Positions 61,297-64,000 of a DNA stretch of 64,000 bases are shown piece by piece (the stretch's first letter is position 1; every line of letters begins with the position of its first letter). This DNA is from Cyanobacteriota bacterium (GTDB lineage: Bacteria; Cyanobacteriota; Cyanobacteriia; Thermostichales; Thermostichaceae): contig JANRIL010000046.1 of the NCBI GenBank assembly GCA_033764955.1, positions 1 through 64,000 of the forward strand. The letters run 5' to 3'. The notes beneath the pieces were generated by a model. The model was not told the DNA's origin. It saw only the letters and a program-made list of their open reading frames with translations, and searched no databases. The translations under genes were made by a program, and so were the position numbers.

Positions 61297-62001
61297 ATGA
61301 GAAAAGCTAGTTTGCCCCTCCTGGCTGGATTGGCAGGGCTATCGGTGGCTATGGGTGGCTGTGGAGGCGATAGTGGCGGGGGATCCGCGCTTCCTCCCAC
61401 AACGGCTCCGTTTGTGGATCCCTGCCAAGATATCAGTCCTTTTAGTGAACTATCCACCCAAGATTTGGAATCGATTCGCTTGACGGAGACCCGTCCTTCG
61501 GTCACGGGATCCCTGGATGCCAGCCTGAGTGGGCCAGTGGATTCGGCCTTTTCGTTTGATGACAATGGTAATGTGATCGAGGCGGATCCCAACGATTTCT
61601 TCTGGTTTTTTGATACTTACATCATTACCCCAACAGATCCGGCGACGGAGTCGGTCACCATTGAGTTAAACAGTGATGACTTTGACGCCCTCTTGGGCAT
61701 TATTGATTTTCCCAACGGGGAAGTGATTGATATTGTCAACGACGACCGAGCGGAGGGCAATACCAATTCCTTGCTGACGATTCCGGTAGAACCAGGGGTG
61801 TGCTACGGCATCTTTGTCCAGAGTTTCTGGGCGGCAAATGCGACGGCGGATGCTCCCGGTAGCCCTGGACTGGGAGCCTACACGTTGGCGGTGACGGAGA
61901 TCTTTAGCACCGTACCTCCCACTCCCCCTCCGCGCACACCCAAGCCTGCGGATCCCGATCGAGGGGGCAATGGCGAAGGCGGCGGCGGCGGTGGCATTTA
62001 A
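61297..62001 (+). CDS. Acidic lipoprotein with PPC-like beta domain
   Basis: MGGC lipobox; DTY, SDDFDA.L, NDD...TNS, GAYTL. Confidence 0.7.
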   Translation: MRKASLPLLAGLAGLSVAMGGCGGDSGGGSALPPTTAPFVDPCQDISPFSELSTQDLESIRLTETRPSVTGSLDASLSGPVDSAFSFDDNGNVIEADPNDFFWFFDTYIITPTDPATESVTIELNSDDFDALLGIIDFPNGEVIDIVNDDRAEGNTNSLLTIPVEPGVCYGIFVQSFWAANATADAPGSPGLGAYTLAVTEIFSTVPPTPPPRTPKPADPDRGGNGEGGGGGGI

Positions 62002-62016
62002 TTTTCTCGCCTGATC

Positions 62017-64000
62017 ATGCCCTATTCCCTTTACTGCCAGGTGAATGGTCGGGAGCATCGCTCCACCTCTGCCGCTGGCACCACATTGCTCTCCCTCTTG
62101 CGCCAGTGGGGCTATGCGGGGGTACATCGGGCTTGCGAGTCGGGGGATTGTGGGGCTTGTACGGTTTGGCTAGGGGGAGAGGCCATCCATAGCTGCCTTT
62201 ATCCGGCTGTGCGGCTGGCCGGACAGCCCATCACAACCATCGAGGGCTTGGGGAGCCCAGAGCAACTGCACCCCATGCAGCAGGCTTTTTTGGCGGGTCA
62301 GGGCTTTCAGTGTGGCTTTTGTACTCCCGGCATGATTATGACTGCCTGCCAGTGGTCAACGGGTCGGGATCCCGCTATCTCCGATCCAGAAGTCGCCCTA
62401 CGGGATAGTCTGCGGGGCAATCTCTGCCGCTGCACTGGCTATCAAGCGATTGTGGAAAGCATTCTTTCGCCGCCCACCCAGCCGGAGGGGGATCCCTCTC
62501 ACCCCGTCGGAAAAAATATCCCCAAGCAGGATGGGGTCAAGTTGGTGACGGGTCAGCCCGCCTACACCGCCGATTGGCAGCCGGAGGGGTTGCTTCATCT
62601 AAAAGTGTTGCGTTCTCCCCATCCCCACGCCCGCCTTCGCCATATCAATACTGAGTCTGCCCGCTCCCTACCGGGGGTGCATGGCGTCTTTACCTATGCT
62701 GATGTGCCCCGTCACCCCTATACCACCGCCGGACATGCGGATCCGGTGCCGGATCCCTTGGATCACTATCTGCTGGATAACAAGGTGCGTTTTGTCGGGG
62801 ATCGGGTGGCTGCCGTGGTGGCCGAATCCGTAGCCATCGCTGAGGCTGCCTGTCGGCTGATCGAAGTGGACTATGAACTCTTGCCCTTTGTCACCGAGCC
62901 GGAGGGGGCTTTTACCGGATCTGTGATTCACGATGAGCCGGACTCTCGCCAGATTGCGGATCCCGACCACAACATTTCTGGGCGCGTCACCTTTAGTCAG
63001 GGGGATATTAGTGAAGGCTTTGCTCAGGCTGATCTGATCGTCGAAAACACCTATCAGGTCCCGGCGGTTCAGCATAGCCACCTAGAACCCCATGTCAGCA
63101 TCAGTTGGCTGGATGAACAGGGTCACCTGGTGATTCGCTCCAGTACACAAGTCCCCTTTCACGCCCAGCGCATCCTGGCGGGGATCCTAGAGATGCCGAT
63201 GGAGAAGATTCGCGTCTATAAACCCAACATGGGCGGTGGGTTTGGCAACAAACAGGAGATATTGACCGAAGATCTCTGTGCTTGGGCTACCCTCAAAACG
63301 GGTCGTCCGGTGCAGTGGGAACTCACTCGCCAGGAGGAATTTAGTGCCACCAACAGTCGCCATGCTATGACGATTCGCCTAAAAACGGGGGTGAAAACGG
63401 ATGGAACCCTACTGGCTCAAGAGATGGTGGTCTTGGGTAATACAGGAGCCTATGGCAATCATGGCCAGACAGTAGTTTTTCTGGCGGGCTATATCCCCTT
63501 AGGGCTGTATCGCTGTCCCCATCGCCAGTTTCGCGGCTATGCCGTCTATACCAACACCATGCCCGCTGGAGCTTTCCGTGGCTACGGAGCCACTCAGGGC
63601 ACCTTTGCTATGGAAGTCCAGATGGATGAAATTGCCCAGCGCTTGGGTCTGGATCCCCTGCAATTTCGGCAAAAGAATTTGATCCAACCAGGGGATCCCC
63701 TGACGATGGGGCGCAGCGATGACCACTTTAACCTGATTGGTAGCTATGGCCTAGCGGAATGTTTGGCACAGGTGAGTCAGGCTTTAGGATATCAACCGGG
63801 GCAGGCTCCCTTTGCCGAGGGATCCCGGTCACGCGGGGTGGGGTTTGCGGTATCGATGCAGGGAAGCGGGCTCTCCAAGATTCATCAGGCTGGTGCGGAG
63901 TTGTCTCTGGAGGCGAACGGACGCTTTTTGTTGAAGTCGGGATCCGTGGATGTGGGAACGGGATCCGATACCACCCTGCGGCAGATTGCGGCTCAGGTTT
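62017..64000 (+). CDS. Xanthine dehydrogenase-family molybdoenzyme with fused 2Fe-2S and Mo-binding subunits (truncated by window edge)
   Basis: From ATG 62017: ACESGDCGACTV, FQCGFCTPG, GNLCRCTGY, then VLRSPHPHA, GGGFG, GAFRGYG. Confidence 0.9.
   Translation, partial: MPYSLYCQVNGREHRSTSAAGTTLLSLLRQWGYAGVHRACESGDCGACTVWLGGEAIHSCLYPAVRLAGQPITTIEGLGSPEQLHPMQQAFLAGQGFQCGFCTPGMIMTACQWSTGRDPAISDPEVALRDSLRGNLCRCTGYQAIVESILSPPTQPEGDPSHPVGKNIPKQDGVKLVTGQPAYTADWQPEGLLHLKVLRSPHPHARLRHINTESARSLPGVHGVFTYADVPRHPYTTAGHADPVPDPLDHYLLDNKVRFVGDRVAAVVAESVAIAEAACRLIEVDYELLPFVTEPEGAFTGSVIHDEPDSRQIADPDHNISGRVTFSQGDISEGFAQADLIVENTYQVPAVQHSHLEPHVSISWLDEQGHLVIRSSTQVPFHAQRILAGILEMPMEKIRVYKPNMGGGFGNKQEILTEDLCAWATLKTGRPVQWELTRQEEFSATNSRHAMTIRLKTGVKTDGTLLAQEMVVLGNTGAYGNHGQTVVFLAGYIPLGLYRCPHRQFRGYAVYTNTMPAGAFRGYGATQGTFAMEVQMDEIAQRLGLDPLQFRQKNLIQPGDPLTMGRSDDHFNLIGSYGLAECLAQVSQALGYQPGQAPFAEGSRSRGVGFAVSMQGSGLSKIHQAGAELSLEANGRFLLKSGSVDVGTGSDTTLRQIAAQV

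Noticed and set aside
62398..63726. Minus-strand ORFs near the right edge
   Set aside because: Shadows of the plus-strand molybdoenzyme gene.
1..64000. tRNA, rRNA or integron integrase genes
   Set aside because: None recognised by eye; no ORF shows tyrosine-recombinase motifs. tRNAscan and HMM searches were not run.

Overview
Chromosomal window of a cyanobacterium (petE, psbY, ycf39, ccb1, ebsA, sigC, rpoZ). The palindrome GGGATCCC is very frequent, as in the hot-spring Synechococcus/Thermostichus lineage. Most of it is housekeeping and transport: futA, a Co/Ni ECF transporter, a MacAB-like exporter, glmS, proB, thiS/thiG, pyrB, cobA-hemD, speB, a BMP-ABC nitrogen-scavenging operon, two convergent sigma factors, a hybrid kinase with a DXCF-type cyanobacteriochrome GAF, and a truncated xanthine-dehydrogenase-like gene. 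The main accessory signal is an integron-type cassette array with no integrase in the window (about 26.47-30.04 kb). It has three attC sites and three cassettes, each encoding a different predicted nuclease (PIN-like, OLD ATPase-TOPRIM, Mrr-type). There is also a possible solo cassette at 3.9-5.2 kb, a decayed Mu-like prophage fragment retaining an open toxin-immunity-like pair (48.7-50.3 kb), an IS1 pseudogene interrupted by tiny insertions, and a probable IS200/IS605-type end at the left edge. All family calls come from motif recognition by eye; no database searches were run.
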